Assembly (NCBI GenBank): GCA_026396705.1
Contig: JAPLWE010000058.1
Location: forward strand, 1 to 39,407
DNA: 39,407 nucleotides
Direction: 5' to 3'
Origin: Candidatus Gribaldobacteria bacterium
GTDB lineage: Bacteria > Patescibacteriota > Minisyncoccia > Minisyncoccales > CG1-02-41-26
Shown in pieces: positions 8,968 through 18,285 of the stretch (position 1 is the first letter of the stretch; every line of letters begins with the position of its first letter). The position numbers and the translations under genes are program-made. The notes under the pieces were generated by a model. That model searched no databases and was not told where the DNA came from. It saw only the letters and a program-made list of their open reading frames with translations.

Positions 8968-11019
8968 TTATTTTGGCCAAGATTCTACTATGAGGGCTGA
9001 CTTTTCTTTGTTGGGCAACATTTGGTAGATTTGCTCGGTAATGAAGGGCATAAAGGGGTGCAAGAGTTTGAGAGATTCACGCAGAACATAAAGCAAAATC
9101 TCTGGATTATTTTCTTTTTTGCATTGTTCAATATAGACATCGCAGAAAGTGTAACAGAAAAAATGATAAATTTTTTGAGCGGCCTCGTGAAAATAAAAAT
9201 TATCAATGTCTTTAGTCATAGAGGTGGCAGTTTCTTGTAGTGCGTTTAAGATGTTTTTATCCGCTTCTGTTACTTTTTCATTTTTCATTTTTCCTTTTTC
9301 ATTTTCGCTTTGTGTGATCACAAATCGGGCCGCATTCCAAATCTTGTTAGCAAATTTTTTCTGGGCGATTATTTTTTCTTCAGAAAAAGCGATATCTTGG
9401 CCGGGCGAGTTGGCAAACACCAAAGCCATTCTCAAAGCATCAGCTCCATGTAAATCAACTATACCCAAAGGATCAACAACATTACCTTTGGACTTGGACA
9501 TTTTTTGTTTGTCTTTGTCTCTAACTAAGCCGTGCAGATAAACATATTCAAAAGGTGGCTTGCCGGTTACATAAATGCCCAGCATCACCATACGGGCCAC
9601 CCAAAAGAAAATAATATCCGCGGCTGTTTCCATCACGGTGGTGGGGTAAAAATATTCAAAATCTCCTTTGTTCGCGCTTTGTAAAGTGGCAAATGGCCAC
9701 TGGCCAGAGGAAAACCATGTGTCAAAGACCTGTTCTTCATCGCCGGGAATAGGTATGCCCCAAGGAATTTGTCGCGATATGTTCCAGTCGCGCAGGTTTT
9801 CCATCCATTGTAAAAATATTTTTTCGAAGCGAGCGGGGATAAATTTTATCTGGCCATTTTTAACCGCCTCAACTGCTAAATCCCTCAAAGATAATCCCCC
9901 ACTGGCTGGTTTTTCGGTTGTTTTAATAAACCATTGACCGTCCATTAAAGTTGGCTCAATTACTGAACCGCACTTATAACAGCAAGCCACATTGTGTTTA
10001 TAATTTTTGTCGGTTTCTTTTTCATCTAAAAGCCCTTTGGCTGTCATATCGGCCACTATTTTTTCTCTAGCCTCTAAAATTTTCATGCCTTGGTAGGGGC
10101 CGGCCAATTCATTCATTTTGCCGTATTTGTCAATGACAATTTTCGGCCCGGGTATCTCATCTTTGTGCCTTTGCCATGTTTCGTAGTCTGCAAAATCGTG
10201 GGCTGGTGTCACCTTAACTGCTCCCGTGCCAAACTCCATATCAACTGACTCATCAGCGATCACTTTTATTTTTGATTTGCCTAAAACCGTTTGCACTTCA
10301 ACCTCTTGGCCAATATAATCTTGATACCGTTTGTCGTTTGGGTTAACAGCAATAGCCGTGTCGCCGAACTTTGTTTCTGGCCGAACAGTAGCTAATTTAA
10401 ATGGCCCGTATTTAATATAATAAAGAGGGTCAACCCTTTCTTCATATTTTATCTCAAGGTCGGAAAGCGATGTTTGGTGTTTGCAACACCAATTAACCAA
10501 GCGGGTTCCTTTATAAACCAAGCCGTCGTTTTGTAGCTTGGCAAATGTTTGGTAAACGATTTTGACGATATCCTGGTCAAGGGTAAATTTTTCACGACTC
10601 CAATCACAGGAAGCCCCCAAACGCTTTAGTTGGCTTTCCATAATTGCCTTATTTTGCAAAGTGAAATCCATCATTTCTTGAAGTAGCTGTTCTCTGGGTA
10701 TTTCATGACGGCGACGACCATCTTTTTCTAATTTTTTATCAAAAACAGTTTGAGTTTCAAAGCCAGCATGGTCCGCCCCGGGTAGCCACAAAGCGCTCTC
10801 CCCTTTCATGCGATGATATCTGGTCATAATATCCTCCAGAGTGACAAATAAAGCATGACCAGCGTGCAAGGCGCCATTGGCGTTGGGAGGCGGCATAATG
10901 ATAGTGAACGGTTTTTTGGTTGGATCAATTTTTGGCGTAAAATAACCGCCCTCTTCCCATAAGGCGTAAATTTTTTGCTCGGATTCTTTTGGATTGTAGG
11001 CTTTGCCCATTTTATCCAT
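8968..11019 (-). CDS. valS: Valine--tRNA ligase (short form, no C-terminal coiled coil)
   Basis: PPPNANGALHAGHA, ATVRPET, GTGAVKVTPAHD, DWNISRQ, DTWFSS, KMSKSKGN; ends at ESWPK. Confidence 0.95.
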   Translation of the reverse strand: MDKMGKAYNPKESEQKIYALWEEGGYFTPKIDPTKKPFTIIMPPPNANGALHAGHALFVTLEDIMTRYHRMKGESALWLPGADHAGFETQTVFDKKLEKDGRRRHEIPREQLLQEMMDFTLQNKAIMESQLKRLGASCDWSREKFTLDQDIVKIVYQTFAKLQNDGLVYKGTRLVNWCCKHQTSLSDLEIKYEERVDPLYYIKYGPFKLATVRPETKFGDTAIAVNPNDKRYQDYIGQEVEVQTVLGKSKIKVIADESVDMEFGTGAVKVTPAHDFADYETWQRHKDEIPGPKIVIDKYGKMNELAGPYQGMKILEAREKIVADMTAKGLLDEKETDKNYKHNVACCYKCGSVIEPTLMDGQWFIKTTEKPASGGLSLRDLAVEAVKNGQIKFIPARFEKIFLQWMENLRDWNISRQIPWGIPIPGDEEQVFDTWFSSGQWPFATLQSANKGDFEYFYPTTVMETAADIIFFWVARMVMLGIYVTGKPPFEYVYLHGLVRDKDKQKMSKSKGNVVDPLGIVDLHGADALRMALVFANSPGQDIAFSEEKIIAQKKFANKIWNAARFVITQSENEKGKMKNEKVTEADKNILNALQETATSMTKDIDNFYFHEAAQKIYHFFCYTFCDVYIEQCKKENNPEILLYVLRESLKLLHPFMPFITEQIYQMLPNKEKSALIVESWPK
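9274..9307. repeat. Heptamer tandem repeat (TTTTTCA, ~4.5 copies) inside valS
   Basis: TTTTTCA TTTTTCA TTTTTCC TTTTTCA TTTTCG; encodes ENEKGKMKNEK. Confidence 0.7.
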
Positions 11020-11090
11020 AATATAAAATGTAACTATTTATTATAGTATCTTAATGCTTTTATTCGGTTTGTTCAAGGTTTTTGTAATAC

Positions 11091-11120
11091 AAAAGAGGCC
11101 GCTTGGGGCGGCCTCTTTTT
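11091..11120. terminator. Intrinsic terminator, potentially bidirectional
   Basis: AAAAGAGGCCGC-TTGGG-GCGGCCTCTTTTT. Confidence 0.85.
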
Positions 11121-11134
11121 ATTTAGAAAATTAT

Positions 11135-11275
11135 TTAGCTTTGTCCTCCTGGTTGGACTGGCGATTGTGGTTTGGCCATAACTGCCTTGCTTTCTTTCTT
11201 TTTAGATTTAACAACCACTAAAGCGATTACTAAAACAACTAAAAGCGCGATTAATGCAATAATAAGTGTGTTCAT
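11135..11275 (-). CDS. 46-aa single-pass membrane peptide (absent from ORF track)
   Basis: Manual translation MNTLIIALIALLVVLVIALVVVKSKKKESKAVMAKPQSPVQPGGQS*. Candidate promoter TTGACG-N16-TAAAAT (11360-11333) upstream and terminator downstream. Confidence 0.75.
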   Translation of the reverse strand: MNTLIIALIALLVVLVIALVVVKSKKKESKAVMAKPQSPVQPGGQS

Positions 11276-11322
11276 ATTCAATAAATATAATATTTTCTAG
11301 TTGACCTTTTTTCAAAGTTATT

Positions 11323-12669
11323 CTACAAGTTCATTTTACTCTTTTGTTTTTTTTCGTCAATTTTAGATTGTGGAAAACTATTAATAAGCTGGCCAACTGT
11401 TTTATAAACGCTGCCAGCTCCCATAATGGTCGCTACTTGCCATTGACCAGCTGTGGTTTTTAAGTAATCAACCAAAGAGGATTCTGGCTGGTAAACCACC
11501 CATTCTTGATTGATAGCTTTAGCTAATTTTTGGCTGTTTACCTTTTGTTTAATAGCTTGGCTTTCTCGGCCTTCAACGGTATAGATATCAGTAATAATCA
11601 ATTTCTCCACGCCGAATTTGCTTTGAGCTTGTCCAAGAATTTCAACGAATTTATCAAATAAATAAAAAGTTCTTTGATACTGATGGGGCTGGAAAATCAC
11701 CCATTTTTTTTGCTTGGGATATTTTTCAGCTAAAGCTTGCAAGGTGGCGGCTATTTCAGTGGGGTGATGGGCGTAATCAGAGATAATTTTCAATTCCCCT
11801 GCTTCTTTACTCTTTAGTGAAAATTCTTCAAACCGTCGCCAAACCCCTTTATATTCACTAAGCGCTTTCAAGGCTATTTTATCGTTAATGCCCAATAATC
11901 GAGCCACATTAAGGGCAGCCAAAGCATTAGAAACATTATGATTGCCTGGCACTTTTAATATTTTTTTCAATTCCCCTGCTTCTTTGTCTTTCAAGGAATA
12001 AAATTTAGTTTTGATTTTTGATTTTTCTAAAACTTTAACTATATTGTCGTTATCTCTGTTGGCAATCACGCAACTCTTAACTTGGCCAACATACTGTTCA
12101 AACACTTTGAAAATATGATCAAGGTTTTCAAACCAGTCCATATGTTCTTCCTCAATGTTGGTTAAAGCCAAAATATCCGGGTGATAATGCAAAAATTTAG
12201 ATTGATAATCATCAGCCTCAATGATTAAATACTTACTTTTGCCAACTCGCCATCCTGGTTTGGTGCCAATAATAAAAGTGGGGTCAAGCTTGGCCTTAAT
12301 TAAAACTTGGGCAATCATTGAGGCGGTAGTGCTTTTGCCATGCATACCCGAAACCGCGATTAGAAAATAATCCTTAGCTAAATCAGCCAGAGCCTCGGCT
12401 CCTGATAAACAGCGAATTTTTAGTCGTTGCGCTTCTTTTAATTCGGGGTTGCTTTTTGGCACTGCCTCGGAGTAAATAACTAAGTCAATATTTTTGCTAA
12501 TATTGGTAGCCTTATGGCCAATAAAAACCCTAATCCCCTGCTTTTTTAATTCAGCGGTAATTTCTGAAGCTTCCGTATCCGAGCCCTGCGCCTTATGCCC
12601 TTTTTGTTGATAGATATTGGCTAAAGCCGAAATAGCAATGCCCCCAATACCAATACAATGTATTTTCAT
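11323..12669 (-). CDS. murC: UDP-N-acetylmuramate--L-alanine ligase
   Basis: GIGGIAISALA, GMHGKSTT, IEADDY, GVWRRFE, DYAHHPTEI, FQPHQYQR. Confidence 0.95.
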   Translation of the reverse strand: MKIHCIGIGGIAISALANIYQQKGHKAQGSDTEASEITAELKKQGIRVFIGHKATNISKNIDLVIYSEAVPKSNPELKEAQRLKIRCLSGAEALADLAKDYFLIAVSGMHGKSTTASMIAQVLIKAKLDPTFIIGTKPGWRVGKSKYLIIEADDYQSKFLHYHPDILALTNIEEEHMDWFENLDHIFKVFEQYVGQVKSCVIANRDNDNIVKVLEKSKIKTKFYSLKDKEAGELKKILKVPGNHNVSNALAALNVARLLGINDKIALKALSEYKGVWRRFEEFSLKSKEAGELKIISDYAHHPTEIAATLQALAEKYPKQKKWVIFQPHQYQRTFYLFDKFVEILGQAQSKFGVEKLIITDIYTVEGRESQAIKQKVNSQKLAKAINQEWVVYQPESSLVDYLKTTAGQWQVATIMGAGSVYKTVGQLINSFPQSKIDEKKQKSKMNL

Positions 12670-12793
12670 ATTTTTACTATTAGGCTTATCTTATCATAAG
12701 CTTGAAAAGATAGGAATAAGTAGTAGGATAAAGCCGTTAATAAATTTGAACCTTAGACAATTAAATCTCTAAAAAAGAGAAAGGAGAATTTCC

Positions 12794-14134
12794 ATGAAAG
12801 GAAATATTTTCACGGCAGTATTGGGTATGAGCAGTGGTTTGACAGTCCAGCGATGGAACGAAAAAGAAGTAGAAACAGTTTGCCAGATGACCATTCCTTG
12901 GATAGGAAATGACAAAGATATCTTTTGGCCGGAGCAGTGGTTGAGATCTGTGGTGGAGTTAGTGAACTCTTACGCAGAACAGGGCGATACAATTGCCTGG
13001 GCAATGCCCGGAGCGGATCTTGCTTTTGTAGAGAGATATCGAGTAAGTATGTCAGAGCGGGCTTATCGGCTTATTCTGCCGATTCTTAGTTATCAATCTC
13101 TGGCAGACGGAGTCATTTTTGAAGAGATTAACAAGATGGTTAATCCTAAAAAAGCCTATAGGCAAATGGCTGGGGCTAATTGGGCATTTTTTCAACCGCC
13201 TTCTCATATCTTTTATTACCTAAAGGAGCTTCAATCAGGGGATTTCAAAGTTATTAGTCTGGCAGATTGGATCAGTTATCTTGCCAAGGGGGCTAAAACC
13301 GAAATACCTGTTCACGATTCAACTATGTTGCAAAGTATGGGGGCATATGATTTTGACGGTAGTACTAGCGGGCTATATACTGAACTATTCGGCGAGGACA
13401 CAGCAGAAAAAATTTTCCCATTTGATGTTTTAGGGGAAAATGCTTATTCTACAATTGACGATATTAAGATTATTCCCTGCAGCCACGATTCGGTTTTTGC
13501 CCGCAGAATTGGCTTTAGTGTTTGTCCATCAGGTATTTGGACTGGCACTTGGGTGGGTACCAGCGATTGGATCGGCGAAAAAAATATCAAACCATCAAAC
13601 AAAACATTTGATGCGGGCATTGCTTTTGAGGGCTTAGGTAATTTAAGAGCTTTAATCACTAACATCTCTATGGCTGGGGCTATTTACAAAGCCATTGTCC
13701 AAAAGCTCGGCTGGAGCTATGAGCAAGCGTCTAAAAAGGCGGCAGAAGCGGTGTCCCATCTTGGAAGCCAGGTAGTATTTGATCTTGATGAATTGCCAAC
13801 AGACACTGAAGCGGTGGAGAAGCTTGTTGCAGGAAAAGCTCTTAATGCTGGCGATTACACTTTAGCTTATCTCCTTCAAAGTTTAGCGGCAGCTTGTCGC
13901 AGAAAAAAGGAAGCTGTTTATAAAATCCTGCGGCGAAAAGTACCAGAGGAAGTAGCGGTTTTTGGCGGTTTTGCTGAAAACCAGGCTTTTCTACAAGCCC
14001 TAAAAAACTTCGGTTTTGAGCCGATCGTTCCAAAATTCGCTAGCAATGCCACTCACGCTGGGCTAGCCATGGATGCTCTTATCAGAACTGGTCAAGCCGC
14101 TAACGACCAAGAAGCGCTAAGTATGTTGCGATGA
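12794..14134 (+). CDS. Divergent FGGY-family sugar kinase (rhamnulokinase-like)
   Basis: LGMSSG, GADLAF, SHDS, GTW, FEG..LITNI, VFGGFAENQ and NATHAG follow the RhaB motif order. AAGGAG SD present. Confidence 0.6.
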   Translation: MKGNIFTAVLGMSSGLTVQRWNEKEVETVCQMTIPWIGNDKDIFWPEQWLRSVVELVNSYAEQGDTIAWAMPGADLAFVERYRVSMSERAYRLILPILSYQSLADGVIFEEINKMVNPKKAYRQMAGANWAFFQPPSHIFYYLKELQSGDFKVISLADWISYLAKGAKTEIPVHDSTMLQSMGAYDFDGSTSGLYTELFGEDTAEKIFPFDVLGENAYSTIDDIKIIPCSHDSVFARRIGFSVCPSGIWTGTWVGTSDWIGEKNIKPSNKTFDAGIAFEGLGNLRALITNISMAGAIYKAIVQKLGWSYEQASKKAAEAVSHLGSQVVFDLDELPTDTEAVEKLVAGKALNAGDYTLAYLLQSLAAACRRKKEAVYKILRRKVPEEVAVFGGFAENQAFLQALKNFGFEPIVPKFASNATHAGLAMDALIRTGQAANDQEALSMLR

Positions 14135-14154
14135 AAAATTCTCACCTTTCTCTC

Positions 14155-14186
14155 AATAATTCCATTATTCAACTAATGGAATTATT
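14155..14186. terminator. AT-rich hairpin between convergent genes
   Basis: AATAATTCCATTA-TTCAAC-TAATGGAATTATT. Confidence 0.6.
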
Positions 14187-14230
14187 TTATTAAAAAAAGA
14201 TTTTTTGAGATGGCTAAAGATATAGCATAA

Positions 14231-15994
14231 TTAATGTAGTTTCTGCAGAAGCTCAACAAACAGAGCGGAGCTCCATGCTTGACATAAGCAACCCTCGGCT
14301 TGCAGGTTGCGGGCTGAGCTTAGCTCGGAGTGATGACCCACTATTCCCTGCCAAAGAATGTCCTGCATGCTGGCTTTGGTGATTTGTTCAATATAGGGCT
14401 TAAACTTTTTTTGGTTGGCTTTAGCTAAAACCAAGGCGGCTAAATTATTGATAAAAAACCAACTATCCCCTTGATGATAACTTGCTGGGGTTTCGCCACT
14501 ATGTTCGTTGTGGAAAGTTGGGCTGTATTTATCAATGGTGGCTAGTCCGCCCCATTCTAGCCAAAGGCGAGGCAAAAGATTGGCAAAACATTTTTCCCAC
14601 TCTAGTTTTGTTAAAAGTTTTGGGTAGCTATGATAGGCTAGAAAAGCGTTGGGTCGAGCGGTAAAATCTGCTGATTGGCCATTAAAACCATCAGCCAACG
14701 CTTGGCCATTCCAGAATTTTTCTTTAATTAAAATATGGCTGTCATCTTCTAAGTTATCATAAAAAAACTTCTTGCGCCAAAATTCAAAATTTTTGGAAGC
14801 AGTATGACAAGCGGCCAGAAAAAGGGCTTGTAATTCAATGGTTGCTGGATAGCGGTCAATGGTGTCCATCCAGGTTGATCTTTGGCCGTGCCAAAATAGG
14901 TTCTGGCTGGCTGATTTTTCAAATTCTTGTATGGCTGTTAACAGAAACTTTCTATGCCATTCTTGAAAAATATCAGATCGTTTGATGGCCCAACCCCAAC
15001 CGTCGCTAGCAGAATTATTTTTTTCGCCTCTAATAATATCTCTAATAAGATTTTGCCAAATTGTTTGGCTGGTTGATTTGTTGAGCGCTTTAAGCGATGT
15101 TAAGCAAAGAGCGGTGTCTCTTTGCCAAAATTGAAAAAACCAAGGCAAGCCAGCATAAAGTCCTTTGATTTTTTTCTTTTCGTTAAACACTAAACAACTT
15201 CTAAGAGAATTTTTGGCGCAAAGATAGGCTAATTTCAATTCTGGATCTTTGATGTTGGGGCGGTTCAAAAATGGCCAAAGATTTTTTATTTCTTTTCTAG
15301 CTTTCTTTTTAAGTGATCCTAAATGTCTGGTGGCATTTTGCGCTTGTTCTATGGCTTGGTCTTTGGTTTGAGCCACCGCTAAAACTAAGCGCTGGCTATT
15401 TTTGAATTTTAAGGCTAAATAAACAGACCTTTCAAAGGGCGCTGAATTGCGGTTTTTGTCAAAAGAATAGTTTCTTTCTATCCATTGGTTGGGTCTTTCG
15501 TATATAGTGGAGTTGGCTTTAATGGCCACAAAAAATTCAGGCATAGCTTCGTCAGTTGTTTGGCATTTTATCACCACTAAACCATCTTGTTCAAAGATTT
15601 CATAAAACGAGCTGTTTTGGTTGTTGTATGATTCTTTGGCGTCAAAAAATAACTTAATGTCGCTGGCTAAAGTTGTTTCATAAACTAAAACATTTAAGAA
15701 TGATGGCGTGAAAAATGTTTCACTGGCCTCTCCCCTTTTTCTCTCTACTTGCCAAAAATTGTTTTTTATTTCGTTCACAGCCAATGAGCCTTCTATTTCA
15801 ATGTTTTCAAGAATACGAAAAATTTTATTGCCAGCTAGCCAGCTAGGAGTAAAAAACCATCCCTGATAGCGACTAGTGGGCTTTTCAGCTAGCCAAAAAT
15901 ATCCGCCCAAAAGGTTGGTCAATAAAAAACCGTTTTCTTTTTCTACATTTTTAGCTACCCTATTATTTTCGTTAAAATAATGAATTATTTTCAT
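14231..15994 (-). CDS. Amylo-alpha-1,6-glucosidase / glycogen debranching enzyme (archaeal-type GDE)
   Basis: FLLTNLLGGY, AGLPWFFQFWQRD, TWMDT, RPN, SYHQGDSW, CQAWSSA. Confidence 0.85.
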   Translation of the reverse strand: MKIIHYFNENNRVAKNVEKENGFLLTNLLGGYFWLAEKPTSRYQGWFFTPSWLAGNKIFRILENIEIEGSLAVNEIKNNFWQVERKRGEASETFFTPSFLNVLVYETTLASDIKLFFDAKESYNNQNSSFYEIFEQDGLVVIKCQTTDEAMPEFFVAIKANSTIYERPNQWIERNYSFDKNRNSAPFERSVYLALKFKNSQRLVLAVAQTKDQAIEQAQNATRHLGSLKKKARKEIKNLWPFLNRPNIKDPELKLAYLCAKNSLRSCLVFNEKKKIKGLYAGLPWFFQFWQRDTALCLTSLKALNKSTSQTIWQNLIRDIIRGEKNNSASDGWGWAIKRSDIFQEWHRKFLLTAIQEFEKSASQNLFWHGQRSTWMDTIDRYPATIELQALFLAACHTASKNFEFWRKKFFYDNLEDDSHILIKEKFWNGQALADGFNGQSADFTARPNAFLAYHSYPKLLTKLEWEKCFANLLPRLWLEWGGLATIDKYSPTFHNEHSGETPASYHQGDSWFFINNLAALVLAKANQKKFKPYIEQITKASMQDILWQGIVGHHSELSSARNLQAEGCLCQAWSSALFVELLQKLH

Positions 15995-17805
15995 TTATCT
16001 TTTATGGCTAATTGATGGGCCTTAAAATAATTAGCGACTAATTTTTTCCAGCCGAAAAAAGCGGAAAGATCTTTAGCATGAATTTTATTTTCTACTCTTT
16101 CTTTGCGCTGATATTGGCTGAAAGAAAATAAACTATTGGTCAATGAATCAACGACTTCTTCATCTTTTTTACCTGTTCTTTTTAAGATAAAAACGCCCGG
16201 ATACTTTTTGCTTTTAATATGTTCTTGGCAAGCTCTGCCAAACCCAGTCAGGTCGCTGGTGATTGAAGGCACGCCAAAACCAGCCGTTTCTAGGGGAGTA
16301 TAGCCCCAGGGTTCATAAAACGATGGGAAAACGCCTAAATGCGCGCCTTTTAGAAATTCTTCATAAGTTAAGTTGGTTAAGCCGTCATGGCCAGAAAGGT
16401 AAATGGGATAAAAAACTGCTTTAACTTTATCATCAGGCTTATTATCTAGACCAGCATCTTGCAGGGCAGTTAAAATAGCATCTTGTTGGCTAACCAGATC
16501 ATGAGTGGATAATGGCGGGGTGCCCTTTCTTTTTAATTTTAAGAATTTTTTTTCAATATCAAACAAAAAGTCCTTATTGAAAAGCGTTTCTTCAGAGATT
16601 TCTTTATCTTCAGCCAAAGCGTAAAGCACCTTTTCTTGGGTTTCATCGGATATTTCTTCTAAAGAGTTTTTGATGTCATCTAAAAATTCACGACTTTCTA
16701 AAATATCAGTTTTTACTCCTCGCACATCCGAGGGCACTAAAAAGAAAACAACTATTGTTTTTTTGGCGTTGCTTTCTTGCATTTTTTTATTAAGTTGAGC
16801 CAAAGATTTAATAAAGATATCCAGCCCTTTAGCGCGAAATTCGTAGCGACAAGCGGTAAAGAAAAATAAAGTTTGCTCTAAATCAAAAGAATAATAAGGA
16901 AAAAAATAAAAAAGCAGAAAATTTCTTAAGCGGTTGCGGTGCGCTCGATGTTGAATGGTTAATTCTTCAAAGCTGGGATACTGGCTTTCGCTAAGGCCGT
17001 TGGGCAAAAAGATAGTGGCATTTCTACCTAAAAATCTCTCGGCCTCCCAAGCAGTGATAGCGCTCACCGTGGTGAATACAGTGGCTTGGGTGGCAGTGGC
17101 TTTTTCTAATTGATGCTTGGCTTTGATGTTAAATTTAATGATATTTTCTTCTATGTTGATCTTGTCAATAAAATTATAAAAATCAACATTATTGTAGGCT
17201 AAAGTGCGCCCTAAAGTAGTAGCATGAGTGGTAAAGACAGTGCCTATTTGCGGCGCAATTTTTGCTAAGTGCAAAAGGCCCGCTCCCGAGAGCCACTCGT
17301 GAAAGTGAGCCACTATTTTTTGACCAGGAAAAAGACTGGCCATTTTTTCAATTAATAAACCGCAAGCTGTCGCCCAAATAACTGGCTCGGTAAAATCATT
17401 AACAGATAATAAAGAATCAATTTGCCAATTATTCCAAAGCTCGGTTTTTATTTGGTTGGCTTTGGACCAAAAATCCTTAAAATCAATTAAAATTATTTTA
17501 GGCTCGCCCGCAATTAGCCATTTGCCAAAATGGCATTTTAAGCCATGCTCTATTTCTAAGCTATGAAAAATTTCTTTAAGACCATCAGTTGGTGGTTCTT
17601 CTTCAAATTCACCTTTGGTTTTTTCTAAAAAATAAGGGCCAAGCAAAAAATAGTTTTCAGGGTATTGTTCAAGCATTTGCTCGGCTTTGGATGTTAAAAC
17701 AGTCCAGATACCTCCTACTTTATTGCACACCTCCCAAGATACTTCAAAAACCGCTGCTGGTTTTTCCATAGGCACGGCTTTAGAAAATATTTTTTTAGCG
17801 TTCAT
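15991..17805 (-). CDS. Glycogen synthase, GT3 family
   Basis: FEVSWEVCNKVGGIWTV, HFHEWL, FTTHATTLGR, RYEFRAKG, HLGVFPSFYEPWGYTPLE. Confidence 0.92.
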   Translation of the reverse strand: MNAKKIFSKAVPMEKPAAVFEVSWEVCNKVGGIWTVLTSKAEQMLEQYPENYFLLGPYFLEKTKGEFEEEPPTDGLKEIFHSLEIEHGLKCHFGKWLIAGEPKIILIDFKDFWSKANQIKTELWNNWQIDSLLSVNDFTEPVIWATACGLLIEKMASLFPGQKIVAHFHEWLSGAGLLHLAKIAPQIGTVFTTHATTLGRTLAYNNVDFYNFIDKINIEENIIKFNIKAKHQLEKATATQATVFTTVSAITAWEAERFLGRNATIFLPNGLSESQYPSFEELTIQHRAHRNRLRNFLLFYFFPYYSFDLEQTLFFFTACRYEFRAKGLDIFIKSLAQLNKKMQESNAKKTIVVFFLVPSDVRGVKTDILESREFLDDIKNSLEEISDETQEKVLYALAEDKEISEETLFNKDFLFDIEKKFLKLKRKGTPPLSTHDLVSQQDAILTALQDAGLDNKPDDKVKAVFYPIYLSGHDGLTNLTYEEFLKGAHLGVFPSFYEPWGYTPLETAGFGVPSITSDLTGFGRACQEHIKSKKYPGVFILKRTGKKDEEVVDSLTNSLFSFSQYQRKERVENKIHAKDLSAFFGWKKLVANYFKAHQLAIKDK

Positions 17806-17807
17806 AT

Positions 17808-18080
17808 TTATAATTGGGCTCTGATTTTTTGAGCCATTAGTTTGGCAGTTTTGATTTTTTCAATTTGCTTGGCTAAAGTTTTTTTATCAAAAACTCCTTC
17901 AATCCAGCGGGCAAAATCGTTTTTGCTGGCGTTAACATGGTGGCTAAAAATATTTTGGTCTATTTTCTCCAAAATACTTGCGCACTCTTTTAAGTTTTTA
18001 GCAACTTGACCATCGCAAAACCAAAAAGCTTTTTCTGGCGACACATTTTTTACAGGAGTCGATTTTTTAATGGGTTTCAT
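17808..18080 (-). CDS. Small conserved protein, DUF5752-like
   Basis: VSPEKAFWFCDG..KNLKE, FSHHVN..KNDFARWI pattern; inside the glucan cluster. Confidence 0.7.
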   Translation of the reverse strand: MKPIKKSTPVKNVSPEKAFWFCDGQVAKNLKECASILEKIDQNIFSHHVNASKNDFARWIEGVFDKKTLAKQIEKIKTAKLMAQKIRAQL

Positions 18081-18094
18081 ATTTTTAATTTTAG

Positions 18095-18260
18095 GACTTG
18101 CGTATTTGGGGCGAAGAAATTAATTTTGCGGAGTTTCCACAGGCAAAATGCTTGGTTTGGCCAGCAGGCCAAATTTTGCCGAGGACTAAGCGAGCCGCCG
18201 CAGGAGCGGCGAGCGGCTCCGCAAAATTCAATTTCTTCGCCCCAAACATTAGCGTAAGTT
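18095..18260 (+). mobile_element. Structured palindromic element, copy A (MITE/REPIN-like)
   Basis: ~40-bp imperfect terminal inverted repeats enclosing a pseudoknot core. Diverged homologue of 27746-27910 and 30136-30304 in the opposite orientation. Confidence 0.75.
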
Positions 18261-18285
18261 GTGCGAACTTCATAAATAGCGACCT

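Noticed and set aside
18142..18191. HDV-like/theta ribozyme call for the pseudoknot core
   Set aside because: The helix order matches, but P3 is 5-6 bp, the conserved L3/P1.1 sequence is missing, and there is no J4/2 catalytic C before P2'. Not supportable without a cleavage assay.
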